From: Neovahlkampfia damariscottae
Lineage: Eukaryota
DNA length: 64,000 bases
Direction of reading: 5' to 3'
Assembly (NCBI GenBank): GCA_016618085.1
Contig: JABLTG010000024.1
Coordinates: 1-64,000, forward strand
Shown: in pieces, positions 26,002-37,656 of the stretch
Layout: every line of letters starts with the position of its first letter
Position numbering within the stretch: the stretch's first letter is position 1
The notes under the pieces: model-generated
The model's input: only the letters and a program-made list of their open reading frames with translations
What the model was told of the DNA's origin: nothing
Database searches by the model: none
Program-made: the position numbers and the translations under genes

Positions 26002-27314
26002 TTATTCAATCATTTCTTCATTTTGTAATTCAAGATTATTTTGATATTGCATTTGTTGTGGAATGTAATTTTGTTGAATTTGAATTTGTTGAGGCATGCA
26101 ATCATTTTGTTGAATTTGAATTTGTTGATTTGAACCAAATGGTGAACTTGACATTGTATTTGATGGTTTGACATCATAATCTTTGACCTCGATAATTTTA
26201 ACTTGCTTTTCAGAATCAACTTCAAAAGCAAATACTTTATGTTCTTCTCCATCTTTTTTTAAAACTCCTTTTGTTTTATAAACTAAATCTCCTTTTACAT
26301 TCATAAAAATGAAATATTCTGAATCAGTTTCAATACCAGGATGATTTCGATAAAACACAGCAGTAATTAAGTATTTCCCAGGTACAATATGTGGCCAATA
26401 AATATGTTCAACAGGTGTACTTGATGTTTCATTTGGATTCTTTGAATTTGGTGTAACATTCATATCAAAATCTAAATATCCTTTACAATTTGAACATTTT
26501 TTGTTGCTATAAAAAATATGTGAACCACATCTACAATTACAATGAAGATCTAAATCATTCAAATTCTTCCAAGAAAATCCAACTTCAATATCACCCCCTG
26601 TACATGTTTCATTCAAATCAAATTTATGTTCCATAAACATTCTTTGATATTCTTCATTTGATGTTAACTGAGCTGTTTGTTGATTCCTAAAATTTGAGAT
26701 TTCAAGATTTCCACCCCAATCTAAACATTGTTGCATGATTACATCATTACCTTGTACTTCTGAATTGTAAGTTAAAAGATGTAAACATGTATTTCCTTCT
26801 GCATCTTGAACATTTGGATTTGATCCTTTTTCTAACAAATAATTGGTCAATTCTGTATTGGTTTCTTTCTTTGAGCAAGCGATATGGAGAACTGTTTGTT
26901 TGTTTTTATTTTGTGCGTTGATGTCTGCAATGTACTTGAATTCTGCATCAAAAAATATTTTTATGACTTCAAAAGCATCTTTTCTTTCAATTGCATAGTG
27001 CAATGGATAATTTCCTTCTTTGTCTTTTTTATCTGGAAATGCTCCGTCTTTGTAAAAAATGAGTCAAAAGTTTTTTTTTTTTTACCTTTCAAAATAGAGT
27101 AGATAAATTTTGGTGCTTTGTTTTTTACTGCATCAAATAGAATTTCAATCATTTCTTCTTCTTCTTTAGTGAAGGTTTTTTCTACAATAATTTGTTTTTG
27201 TTTTGAGACTTTGTTGTTCCAATCACTTTGTACAACATTGTTTGTTTGCATCAATTCTCTTCTTTCCATTCTTTTGGAATAACCTTTGCTTTCATAGTTG
27301 ACATACTCACTCAT
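26002..27314 (-). CDS. Ankyrin-repeat protein with C-terminal YfaP/DUF2135-like domain and Q-rich tail
   Basis: GNYPLHYA, QTVLHIAC and GNTCLH ankyrin repeats; SWKNLNDLDLH...LDFDMN...PVEHIYW...PGKYLI; one intron near 27048-27085. Confidence 0.7.
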
Positions 27315-27484
27315 CTTTGTATTTTATTTTTAGATGATAATTGACCAATCAATTCTCTTTTATAACTTCCGAATCTATTTTTAATTTCTAACGTAAATTA
27401 CTTTCTTTGAAATTAACAAGATTATTTAATATTTGTGACAAAAATGTAAGAATCATTTCCTCCAATCATTTTCTTTATTAACAA

Positions 27485-28540
27485 ATGAACAATAGTCAAC
27501 TTGAACAAGAAGCAGATGGACAAATAATGAATCTTATGAATCAGTTGAATTCATTCCGAGATCAAGTTTCTAGACTCAGACAAACTTCAACAGATTCAGA
27601 ACATAGTCATAATAACACAACTGAAGGCTCATCACCCACAACAGGTGAAAATCCACAACAAACCATACGAATCAATATACAAGATATTTTACCACTACTT
27701 TGTAAAGTAATACCGTTTGTTATTATACCTTCAACAATTTTTTTATATTACCATTATGTTGGATTTTTTATTTTTTTAATGTGTTTGGGTTCAACATTAC
27801 AGACAGATGTAAAATTAAGGGAACAAGTATCACTAAGAGAAAATAGAAATGAACAAAAACTTTTAATGATTATATTTCTTTCATTGATTCATTTAGCTGT
27901 TGTTTTTTATTTTCAACCTTTTTATACACTTTCACAGTTTTTTATTTATCAAAATGATCAAAATTATGATTTTTTTATGAGTATTTATTTTTGTTTAATC
28001 GTTGATTTTATTGTTAAAATCTCAAGTATGGCTTTTAAAGGACTTTTAATTTTGATTTTTGGAAAATTTCATGAATATCATCAAGGAAGAATTTATCATT
28101 TTGTTGAATTGATTTCAATCATTTATAGGAGTACTTTGGCTATTGGAATATGGATTCCATATTTTTCAAAAAGTTTTGGTAAACAATTCATCATTTCCTA
28201 TTCATTGATTATTTTATACTTGAGTTTTAAAATCTTCAATATTGGAAATCGTATAAAAAATCTATTTCAATTTTTAACAACTATCATTTCTGGAAAACCA
28301 AAATATGGAAGAATTGCAAGTGAATCTGAAGTTTTAGAGAATGGAAATTGTTGTTCAATTTGTCAAGATGAATTTGTGAATCCAATTGTTTTAGATTGTG
28401 AACATATATTTTGTAATTCATGTATTACAGAATGGTTTCAACAGGAAAAAACATGTCCAATTTGTAGAAAGACAGCTGAAGGAAGAGGTGAAGAAAAATA
28501 TGTTGATGGATCAAGTGAAATAAGTTTAATGATATTTTAA
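27485..28540 (+). CDS. Multi-pass membrane RING-HC E3 ligase (RNFT1/2-like)
   Basis: Several TM helices, CSICQDEF...CEHIFCNSCITEWF...TCPICR, C-terminal DGSS...IF. Confidence 0.85.
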   Translation: MNNSQLEQEADGQIMNLMNQLNSFRDQVSRLRQTSTDSEHSHNNTTEGSSPTTGENPQQTIRINIQDILPLLCKVIPFVIIPSTIFLYYHYVGFFIFLMCLGSTLQTDVKLREQVSLRENRNEQKLLMIIFLSLIHLAVVFYFQPFYTLSQFFIYQNDQNYDFFMSIYFCLIVDFIVKISSMAFKGLLILIFGKFHEYHQGRIYHFVELISIIYRSTLAIGIWIPYFSKSFGKQFIISYSLIILYLSFKIFNIGNRIKNLFQFLTTIISGKPKYGRIASESEVLENGNCCSICQDEFVNPIVLDCEHIFCNSCITEWFQQEKTCPICRKTAEGRGEEKYVDGSSEISLMIF

Positions 28541-28725
28541 AGTCTTCTTTGTTTCATAATATTCTCAAATAAATCTGGTTTTTGTACAATTTTTGGAGTA
28601 TTTGCGAATTGTAGTAAATTATTTTGTCTCTTTTGTTGTGATTAAACCCAATAAATGTGAATATATTTTCTTGATGGTACAACAAGAACAACCAATTACA
28701 TTATCCCAAACTCAAAAGAAAAAAA

Positions 28726-28938
28726 ATGAAAGAAGAAAAAGAAAAAATTTCTGAATCTTTTGAAGAATCAGAAACAGAAAATACAACGATCAAATTATTC
28801 AAAGATTCATTATTTGAAACATTAAACAATACTTCCAATTTAACAATTCTTTCAATATCTTCAAATCAATCACTTGAAAGAACAGAACATGAGATAATGA
28901 GAAAATTATCAAATATACCTGTAATTATAAAAAAATAA
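28726..28938 (+). CDS. Short hypothetical protein
   Basis: 70-aa ORF downstream of a CCAAT at about 28649; no motif, start uncertain. Confidence 0.25.
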   Translation: MKEEKEKISESFEESETENTTIKLFKDSLFETLNNTSNLTILSISSNQSLERTEHEIMRKLSNIPVIIKK

Positions 28939-28941
28939 AAT

Positions 28942-30340
28942 TTATTGAATTTGTTTCATCATTAAAGCATTTGGTTTCATACCAGAAGCTACTAATTGTG
29001 ATAATTTATCATCAGAAGAACTACCTGAAATTACTAAATTTGGATTTTCTGATAAAGAATTTAAAACAGAAAGTTGAGCTCTTTTAATAATATCTTCTCT
29101 TTTTGCCTTTAATTTATCTTTACTTTTTTGTTCTGCTTCTGAAATCTTTGTTAATGCTTTTGCTTTTGAATCTGAAACATTTAAAGTAATTTCTGAACGT
29201 TTAATTTCATTATATTTAATTTCATTAGCTTTAATAACATTTGATTCTTGTTTTCCTTTTGCAATTGTAATTTGATAATCTCTAATTTTTTTTCCTTCTA
29301 ATTTTGCAGCTTCTAATTTGGCTTTTGATGAAATAACTAAAGCTTCTGCAGTTTGTTTTGATTGAATTTCTGAACATGATTTTTGAGCTAATGATTCAAT
29401 TTCTGATGTTTCTTTTTGTATCATATTCATAAGTTTTTTCATTTCTGTGTCATAAGCAAATCTTTGATTATTGTGTTTCAAATTTTCTAATGTCCTAATT
29501 TCTTCATATTCAATTTTTTTTTCATTGAATTCATGTTCACGATTATGTGCTTTCATTGAACTTGCATATCCTGTTTTTTCAGCCATTGAAGTTTTTAAAT
29601 CCTTTTTTTGTGTTAAATTTTTTTTCATTTTCTTTACCTCAGGTAAGTAAATATCAGTTACTGTTATATCTGCACATATAACACCAAATTGTTCAAGCTT
29701 TTCATTTAAAGTTCTAACCATATCTTCAATACCCATTCCTCTAATATCATAAGCTTCATAATAAGTAAGTGTTCTTGCAAGACTTCTGATAGCTTCTTCA
29801 ACAAATGAAGCTACAATACGTTGTAATTTATAAGGACCAACATTAACATAAAACTTATATGGATCTTCAATGTGAATTAAAATAATGACATCAACTTGAA
29901 TCAAAACCTAAAAAATAAAAAATAAAACTCATCAAACATTATCTAAAGTTGGACATAATTTAATAGGTACATCAACTGGTATAAAGTTTGAAGTAATAAC
30001 ACATTCAATATGTCTCCAAAATGGTAAAAACATTAATCCAGGAGTGGCTATCAAAATAGTAAAAAAATAAAAAAAAAAACCTGGTTTTGGATTGATTACA
30101 CCCCAATTTGAAACTAGTACATATACTCCAGCTGGTATAGATGCCCATAAATGAGCTCTATTTATTGTTAAAATAACTGGTTGTTCTCCTTTGAAAATGT
30201 AAATTATTGTTTTTCAAACCTGGCACTAAATTGTCAAATACACGTTGGTCAGAAAAGTATGAACTTGTTCTTTCAACTGAGCTAATTGTACAAGTGGTTA
30301 AAGTGGTTTCAACCACACCTCCATGATCATCATAAACCAT
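28942..30340 (-). CDS. SPFH/Band-7 domain protein with coiled-coil tail
   Basis: Spliced PGLMFLPFW...CPTLDNVLIQVDV...EEAIRSLAR...FGVICADITVTDIYLP, then A/E/K-rich coiled coil. Confidence 0.8.
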
Positions 30341-30612
30341 TTCCTTCAACTATAACTCAACGTTCTAATGTCTAAACCAATGAAAATAGAGTTCATATAA
30401 CAACAAGTGTTGACAGCTTTATTTCAGAACAATTAAATATTTTATTTACAAGATTATTTCTCTTCTATCAAAAAAAACAACAACAAAAAATAATTTTCCA
30501 TCAAAAAATCTTGAATTGTTTGATGATCATTCTGACCATAAAGTGAGACCAGCAGTTAAGATTGAAATTTCAACTTTAAAAATTATTAATTTGTCTTGTT
30601 CTTTTTTGATTT

Positions 30613-31056
30613 TTATTTATCTCTCATATCACCAGGTAATAAAGTCATGTTGTCTTTTTTTTTTTCCATGTCAAGACTTAAAATATCTTCTTTGGAAACA
30701 TTTAAAGTTGAATATTGAAAAGTGGTCATTAAATCATCAGCAGACATACCACCTTGATATCTCCAAATATAAGGACCCATTTGATGTATTGGATCATGTA
30801 AAGCTGGTCTTTGAATATCAGGATATTTACCAGGTTGATCTAACCACTTCTTTTCAATTTTTGTTCTTTCAAAATAGGCATGAATTAGAGGTATTGCAAT
30901 TGAGAAACCAATAACATAAGGTACTGGATGTAATTTGTATTGTAAGTTTCTTCTGATATACTTGTCTCTTTTTACTGAATGATACTCCAATAATTCTTGG
31001 TAGAAAACGTATTTGAAGCGGAAAAAGTACAACAGTCTTCTTTTGTTAAAAACCAT
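30613..31056 (-). CDS. Hypothetical single-TM protein
   Basis: 147-aa intronless ORF with CCAAT at 31061 just upstream and one hydrophobic segment. Confidence 0.55.
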   Translation of the reverse strand: MVFNKRRLLYFFRFKYVFYQELLEYHSVKRDKYIRRNLQYKLHPVPYVIGFSIAIPLIHAYFERTKIEKKWLDQPGKYPDIQRPALHDPIHQMGPYIWRYQGGMSADDLMTTFQYSTLNVSKEDILSLDMEKKKDNMTLLPGDMRDK

Positions 31057-31162
31057 TTGACCAATAAAAAACAGTTTGAATAGAACTGATTTTATTTTTA
31101 ATTTTTCTTAAATATTTTATTCCAAAATTTGAATTTGTACTGTGGATATTCTCATCCAATCA

Positions 31163-32557
31163 ATGTCAGTTTATATTCAAACAACAGTGGGTGATTTTGT
31201 AGTCGATTTATTTTTCGAAAAATGCCCAAAAGCATGTGAAAACTTTATAAACTTATGTAAAATCAAATACTACAATAACTGTTTATTTTTTAATGTCCAA
31301 AAAGATTTTTTGGCTCAGTAAATTAAAAAAAAAATTAAATAAAAAAAAACCAAACAGAACAGGAGATCCAACAAACACAGGAACAAAAGGAACAAGTATA
31401 TTTGGGTAATTCATAAAAAAAAAAAAAATCTCATCAAAAAAAAAAATAGTTTATTGGATGGAAAACCAAAGGGTTATTTCAAAGATGAATTTCACAAAGA
31501 TTTAAAACATAACAAAATGGGTTTATTGTCATACTCAAACACAGGAAAACATACTAATACATCACAATTCTTTGTTACTTTAACCAACAAACATTTGGAT
31601 CATTTAGATTCTAAAAATACTTTATTTGGTGAAGTAGTTGAAGGTTTAGATATCATTTCAAAATTTAATGATATTTTCACAAATGAAAATGGTAAACCTT
31701 TTCAAGAAGTTCGTATTTACCATACTATCATTTTAATTGATCCATTTGAACATCAATTAAAAGGTGTTGAAAATTTAATTCCACCAAATTCACCAGAACC
31801 AATTCAAGATAAATATTTAATTGATGCAAATATTAATATTGAAAATGAATCAATGGAAAAATATGAAAATGTTGAAGAGAAAAATAAAAGAGAACTTGAA
31901 TCAAGAGCAGTTATGTTGGAAATTGCTGGTGATTTGCCAGATTCTGATTTGAAACCACCAGATACAACATTATTTGTGTGTAAATTAAATCCAATAACAA
32001 CTGAAGATGGACTTGATATCATTTTTGGTCGATTTGGTGAAATTAAAGAGTAATTTCATTTCATTGGATAATTTTAACATAAAAATAGGATTGAAATTAT
32101 ACGTGATAGAGAAACAAATAGGAGTTTAGGATTTGCCTTTATAGATTTTGAAAATAAGTCATCTTGTGAAATGGCATATTTAAAAACGGAAAATATAATT
32201 ATTGATGATAGAAGAATTCATGTTGATTTCTCACAATCTGTTGCAAAATTATGGAATAAAAAAAATAGAGATTCAAAAAGACACAAAAAAAAGTATAATG
32301 ACAAGGATTATAAAAAAAGAAAATATGAAAATGATGATAAATACAATGATGATAGAGATTATAAATCAAAACGATATAAAGATGATAGAAAATACAAAGA
32401 TGATGATTATAAGAGAAGTAAAAAATATGAATATGATGATGAAAGAAAAAAAAGAAGAGATGATGAACAGGATTATAGAAGAAATGATGATCGAGATTAT
32501 GAAAGAAGAAGAAGAAGAGATGAATATGATTATGAAAGAAGAAGAAATTATTATTAA
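31163..32557 (+). CDS. PPIL4: Cyclophilin-RRM protein (PPIL4/CYP59)
   Basis: [41 protein letters not shown] (RRM), [17 protein letters not shown]-rich tail. Confidence 0.93.
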
Positions 32558-32859
32558 ACTTTTAAAAACATTGTTGTTAAACCTGAAATTAAAAACAACA
32601 AATTTGCAAAATCTTTTTCTTTTCGATATCTTAAACCTCCATATAAAGTTAATGAAGTTGATGAATATCTTAATAAGGATTTTCCTAATATTTTATCTTG
32701 TTTAATTGTATAATAAGTTGAAATTCCGAAAAATATTGTCAAAATGAAACCAAATAAAAAAAAAATTTTTTCTTTTTTTTTGAAATAATCAAACAAGATG
32801 GAGACTATCATAATGAAGCACAATGATATTCTGATTAAATTTTCTGTTCCAATATCCAT
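32554..32859 (-). CDS. Small multi-TM hypothetical protein
   Basis: 101-aa hydrophobic ORF; its stop codon overlaps the PPIL4 stop; ATTGG at about 32920. Confidence 0.55.
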   Translation of the reverse strand: MDIGTENLIRISLCFIMIVSILFDYFKKKEKIFFLFGFILTIFFGISTYYTIKQDKILGKSLLRYSSTSLTLYGGLRYRKEKDFANLLFLISGLTTMFLKV

Positions 32860-32948
32860 TTTGGTGATATAGCACAGTTCGAAATATGGTATGTGTTAGT
32901 TATGTGAAAAAGAAATATGATTGGAGAATTATCAAAAATTAAATTTTA

Positions 32949-35495
32949 TTATAATTCATCTTTTTGATTTTTAATTACTTGTTCTGATTTTTGTCTTAAA
33001 ACAAAAAACATCATATGACCAGTATACTCAGGAGTATAAACAGATTCTGTATGATAATGAAATAAACGAACAAATGCAGGAAAATCTTTTGCTTGTTGAA
33101 CTGGATTTCCATCTTCAGAAACATAACCTGTATGTAAAAGAACTAAACCATCTTTTGTTAAATGAATATCATTCAATTTTTTAAAATAATCAACTTGAAA
33201 TAATTTCAAATCTTCAAAGGCTTCAGGTGATGTTGTGTCCATAATAACTAAATCAAGTTTTTCTTCTGATGGTAAATCTAAAACATATTTATTTCCATCT
33301 CCAATGATAATATTAATCTTTTTGTTATTCAACCATTTTTGTAAATTTGGATATAAATATTTTTTTGATAATTCAACTACATCTGCATCAACATCAACAA
33401 GTGTAATTTTATCAATAGATTCAAATTCAGGTGATTCTGCAATTCTTTTTAAAATGATTAAATCACCACCACCTTTTTAAAAAAAATAATTAATATTTTA
33501 AATGATATCTTGTTACCAATGATCAAAATATTTTTTGGTTTTTTTTCAACAACTTTTGAATAAAAGAAATCTGTATAATTGAATGAATTATCAAAAAATT
33601 GAATTGATTTATCTAAAATTAAACTAGTTCCTAAAACTTTTGATTCAAAAAAAATAGCTTTTTGGAATTTTGTTCTTTTGTATTCAATAATTTTTGAATC
33701 ATGAATAAATGCACGTTCACCTGATTCAAATGCAACTAAATCACCTTTTTTTAATTTTGGATATGCTTCTTTTGCCTGTGCTTCATTTTTTGATTTCATT
33801 TCATGTTTAAAATCATAATCTTGATTTTTGAAATAATGAGCAAGCATTTGAATGGCATTAAAGAAATTGAAATAATCAGCTTTAATATCAAATTCAACTG
33901 TTAATAAGTTATCTTTTTCCAAGTTAAATTCAATTATTGATTTTTTATCTAGGATATAAAGTGCTTTGAAATTTGTATCATTTTTTTCAATTTTTTCATC
34001 TTCAACTTCACCATCATTGAATGAAATAATATCATAAATAGTTTCATTAAATTCATTAACATCTTTAATCATTTGAGAATTCTTAAATGAAATTGTGATT
34101 AAATTTCTTTTTGAGAAATAATCTTCATCAATAGATGTTACTTCTGTTCCAAATGTAATATTGAAACGATTAACTTTATGAGTGAAATCAACAATAGGAG
34201 TTCTTAAAGGTTTGAAGAATTTATGTTTTCTTTTGTTTAAAATATAATAAAGTGTATGTCCAAGATATTCAGGAGTGTATTTTGCATAAAATTTTGAAGC
34301 AAATGGTTTACAAATATCAGGATGTTTGATTTGTTTTGCCAAATTTCTATCATGAATATTTTCAACTTCATCTTCTAATAAACCATATTGTAGAAGAATT
34401 CCAGAGTTTTCTGTCATGTGATATTGATTCAATTTACCAAAGAATTTTTTGTTGAATAATTTTTTTGAAATTAAGACTTGTGGGTCTGTTGTATCCATTA
34501 AAATTGCATCAAATTTATCAGTATCCTTTAATTTATTTAAAACGTAATCGTGACCATCTCCAACAATAATTTCTATTTTATCATTTGTACCCCATTCATT
34601 GAAATCTGGATGAAGATATTTTTTTGCTAAATCAATGACGTCTCCATCTATATCAACAAGGGTGATTTTTTCAATGTTTTTATATTCAGGTAATTTTGTA
34701 ATTGCTTTTAAAATGACCAAATCACCACCACCTATTTTAATAAAGAAATGTGTTAAATTTTTCTTTTTTTTTACCAATCATCAAAACTCTTTTTGGATTT
34801 TTGTGTTTTATGAATTGTAAGAATACTTTTGTGTAATTTGTGAATCCCTCAAGACATTGAGTAATACCATCTAAAACTAAACCTTTTCCTGATGATTCTG
34901 ATTCAACAACTAAAGCTCTTTGAAATTTTGTAATTTTTTTATCAAGAATTTTTGTTTTATGAAGTAAAACAGGTGGATTAAATGATTCTGACATTATATC
35001 ATCTTTTGAGAACTTGACTGTTGATTCACCTTCAAATTTGAAATCAATATCTTTTGGAGAAAAAAATTTAAACAAAAATGGCATAAGGTTGTAACTTTTG
35101 AAACCATCAACATCTGTCATTTCCATTGTAAAGTTAACATTGTCATCTGTTGATTCAATATTGAGTTCATATTTTTCTGGGACACTAAATGTTCCTTTAA
35201 AGTTTTTTTTTTCTTCTTTTCCTTCTTTCAATTGAAATGTTTTGTTATATTCATCATCTCTAATGAATTCTAATACATCATGAATGTAATCTAAAATCTC
35301 TTTTTCGTTTGTAACTTTTGCTTTTTCTGTTTGTGAAAGTGTAACTACAAATTTTCCAGTTGTTGGGTATTCATGTGGAAGGGTAAATTGTTCTGTGAAA
35401 GTAATGTTTTGATCATTTCTATTTTCAGGAACAATAACAATAGCAGCATAAGAGATTGTTATGAACAACAAAAACAAACAAGCAACTTGTTTCAT
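32949..35495 (-). CDS. Secretory-pathway tandem [AdoMetDC-like + spermidine/spermine synthase] x2 protein with C-terminal KDEL
   Basis: Signal peptide MKQVACLFLLFITISYA; two aminopropyltransferase domains (TKFQ, LDGITQ/LDKSIQ, IGGGD, VDID/VDVD, GDG, MDTTDP/MDTTSP); introns 34732-34774 and 33473-33516; ends NQKDEL*. Confidence 0.85.
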
Positions 35496-35499
35496 TTTG

Positions 35500-35608
35500 A
35501 TTGGTTGGTTACATCAGAAAAATCTGTCAAAATATAAATCCTTTAATATGAAAATTTATCAAAAAGATTCAAAAAAATAAAAAAAATAAAATATCTCTTT
35601 TTGATTGG
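35500..35608. promoter_or_regulatory. Bidirectional promoter with two ATTGG boxes (polyamine synthase-like gene / actin-like gene)
   Basis: gATTGG at 35500 and 35604 in the 170-nt gap between divergent ATGs at 35495 and 35665. Confidence 0.6.
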
Positions 35609-35664
35609 ACAAATAAAAAACAACTTTCTTTAACATACTTAACACAAAAACGTTAAATTGACAC

Positions 35665-36952
35665 ATGTCTACTGAACAATTAGGACAATCTATAGTTATT
35701 GATAACGGAACTGGTGTGGTTAAAGCTGGTTTTGCTGGTGATGACGCTCCAAGAAGGTTTCTTCAAAATTCTAATTAATCTTTTTCTCAGTGTATTTCCT
35801 TCTTTAATTGGAAAACCAAAAAAACCAAAATACATTCTTCCAGGTATGGGTTTAAAAAATGTATATGTTGGAAGAGATGCCGAAAGAAAAAGAGGTATTT
35901 TAAAACTTGAATATCCATTGGATCATGGTGTTGTTCAAGATTGGGGTGATATGGAAGTAAGAAACTAATTAAAATTTAAAAAAAAAAAGTGTCTTTGGAA
36001 TCATACATTTTATGATCGTTTAAGAGTTGAACCAGATCAACATCCTGTACTTTTAACTGAAGCTCCGATGAATCCAAAAAAGAATAGAGAAAAAATGGGT
36101 CAAATTATGGTTTGTTTTTTTTATTTTATAATATTGATTATTTCACAAGTTTGAAACTTATTTTGTTCCTGGTATGTATGTTGCAATTCAAGCTGTCATG
36201 TCTTTATATGCTTCTGGTAGAACAACAGGTTTAGTACTTGATATAGGGGATGGTGTAACACATACAGTACCTATTTATGAAGGATATTCACTTCAACATG
36301 CTATTGAAAGATTAAATTTAGCTGGTAGAGATTTAACAAATTATATGACACGTCAACTTTTACAATTAGGAATTCCTTTTAGAACAGCTGCAGAAAAAGA
36401 AATTGTTAAAAAAATGAAAGAGAAATTATGTTATATTGCTTTAGATTATCAAACTGAAGTTGATAAATTATCACAAGAAGACGAAGATTTATCTGCAGAG
36501 TATGAATTACCCGGTAAAAAAAAAAAAAAAAAAATTAAAATGATTCTTTGAAAGATGGAACATTGATTAATTTTGCAAGACCAAGATTTCAAACACCAGA
36601 AGCTTTATTTCAACCTAATCTTTGTGGCATTGAATCTTCAGGAGTTCATTCTATTGTTTGGGATTCAATAAAGAATTGTGATATTGATCTTAGAAAAGAT
36701 TTAGCTTCAAATATAGTTCTTTCTGGTGGTACAACATGCTATAAAAACTTTGCTGAAAGATTAGCAAAAGAAGTAAAAGAATTAGTACCAAGTTCAATGA
36801 GAGTTAGAGTTTCAGACCCTGCAGAGAGAAAATATACAGTTTGGATAGGTGGTAGTATTTTAGCATCTCTTAGTACATTCAGTCATATCATGGTTACAAA
36901 AGAGGAATATGATGAAGTTGGTGCTAAGGTCATTCATCACAAATGTTATTAG
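35665..36952 (+). CDS. Divergent actin / actin-related protein
   Basis: [70 protein letters not shown]; 4 introns. Confidence 0.93.
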
Positions 36953-36991
36953 AAAAAAAAAACAAGAAAAAAATAAAAGTTCTTTTTAAAT

Positions 36992-37437
36992 TTATTGAGA
37001 AAGTGCTTGAACTTCTTCAGTTAATTTGGTGTCGTTTGCTCCTTTCCATTCTTTTATCATTGAACCGTTTTTGAAAACTTGAAATGTTGGCATAGCTTTT
37101 AAAAAGGGTTGTCAAAAGAGGTTTTAAATCTTACCTGTAACTCCATATTCTTCTGAAATTTCGTCACATTCATCAACATCAACTTTCAAGAAAACAACGT
37201 TTTCGTGTTCATTGCTTAATTTTTCAAAAAGTGGAGCGATTTTGATACATGGTCCACACCTATTTAATTAAATTAAAAAATTAAAATCTTCTTTACCAAG
37301 TTGCCCAGTAGTCAACAATGATGTATCTTTGAAGTTGTTTTTTAATTTTATGTTTTTTTTTACTTTTCTCCTGCTTTTTCTAATTGACTTTTAAAGTCAG
37401 CTGTTGATTTTACACTGTGAATTTTTCCTCCTGCCAT
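36992..37437 (-). CDS. TRX: Thioredoxin with canonical WCGPC site (missed by the ORF track)
   Basis: Four exons give [11 protein letters not shown]...[16 protein letters not shown]...FLKVDVDE...[11 protein letters not shown]. Confidence 0.93.
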
Positions 37438-37656
37438 TTGTTTGTGTACTTTCGTTTATTATGGAAATTTATTTTTTGGCCAATCGGAGATTGAATTTAT
37501 TTTTGATCCAATAGAATCTTCTATTTTCCGGATGGAAGAATAAAAACTCCTGATTGCAATAGTTCATGAAAACTTGGCATTTCCATGGAATTCTCCAGAA
37601 TCTGTTGAATTAACAATTTCTTGGAGGGTTTTGATTGGTCAACAAAACAAATCTCA

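Noticed and set aside
32250..32557. Repetitive GAT/GAA/AGA-rich DNA and overlapping ORF 32202-32705
   Set aside because: Ordinary R/D/K/Y-rich tail of PPIL4; the alternate-frame ORF is a by-product
37590..37626. Imperfect hairpin ctcca...tggag between the thioredoxin genes; SECIS considered
   Set aside because: It lies 5' of both genes, lacks the SECIS core, and neither Trx has an in-frame TGA
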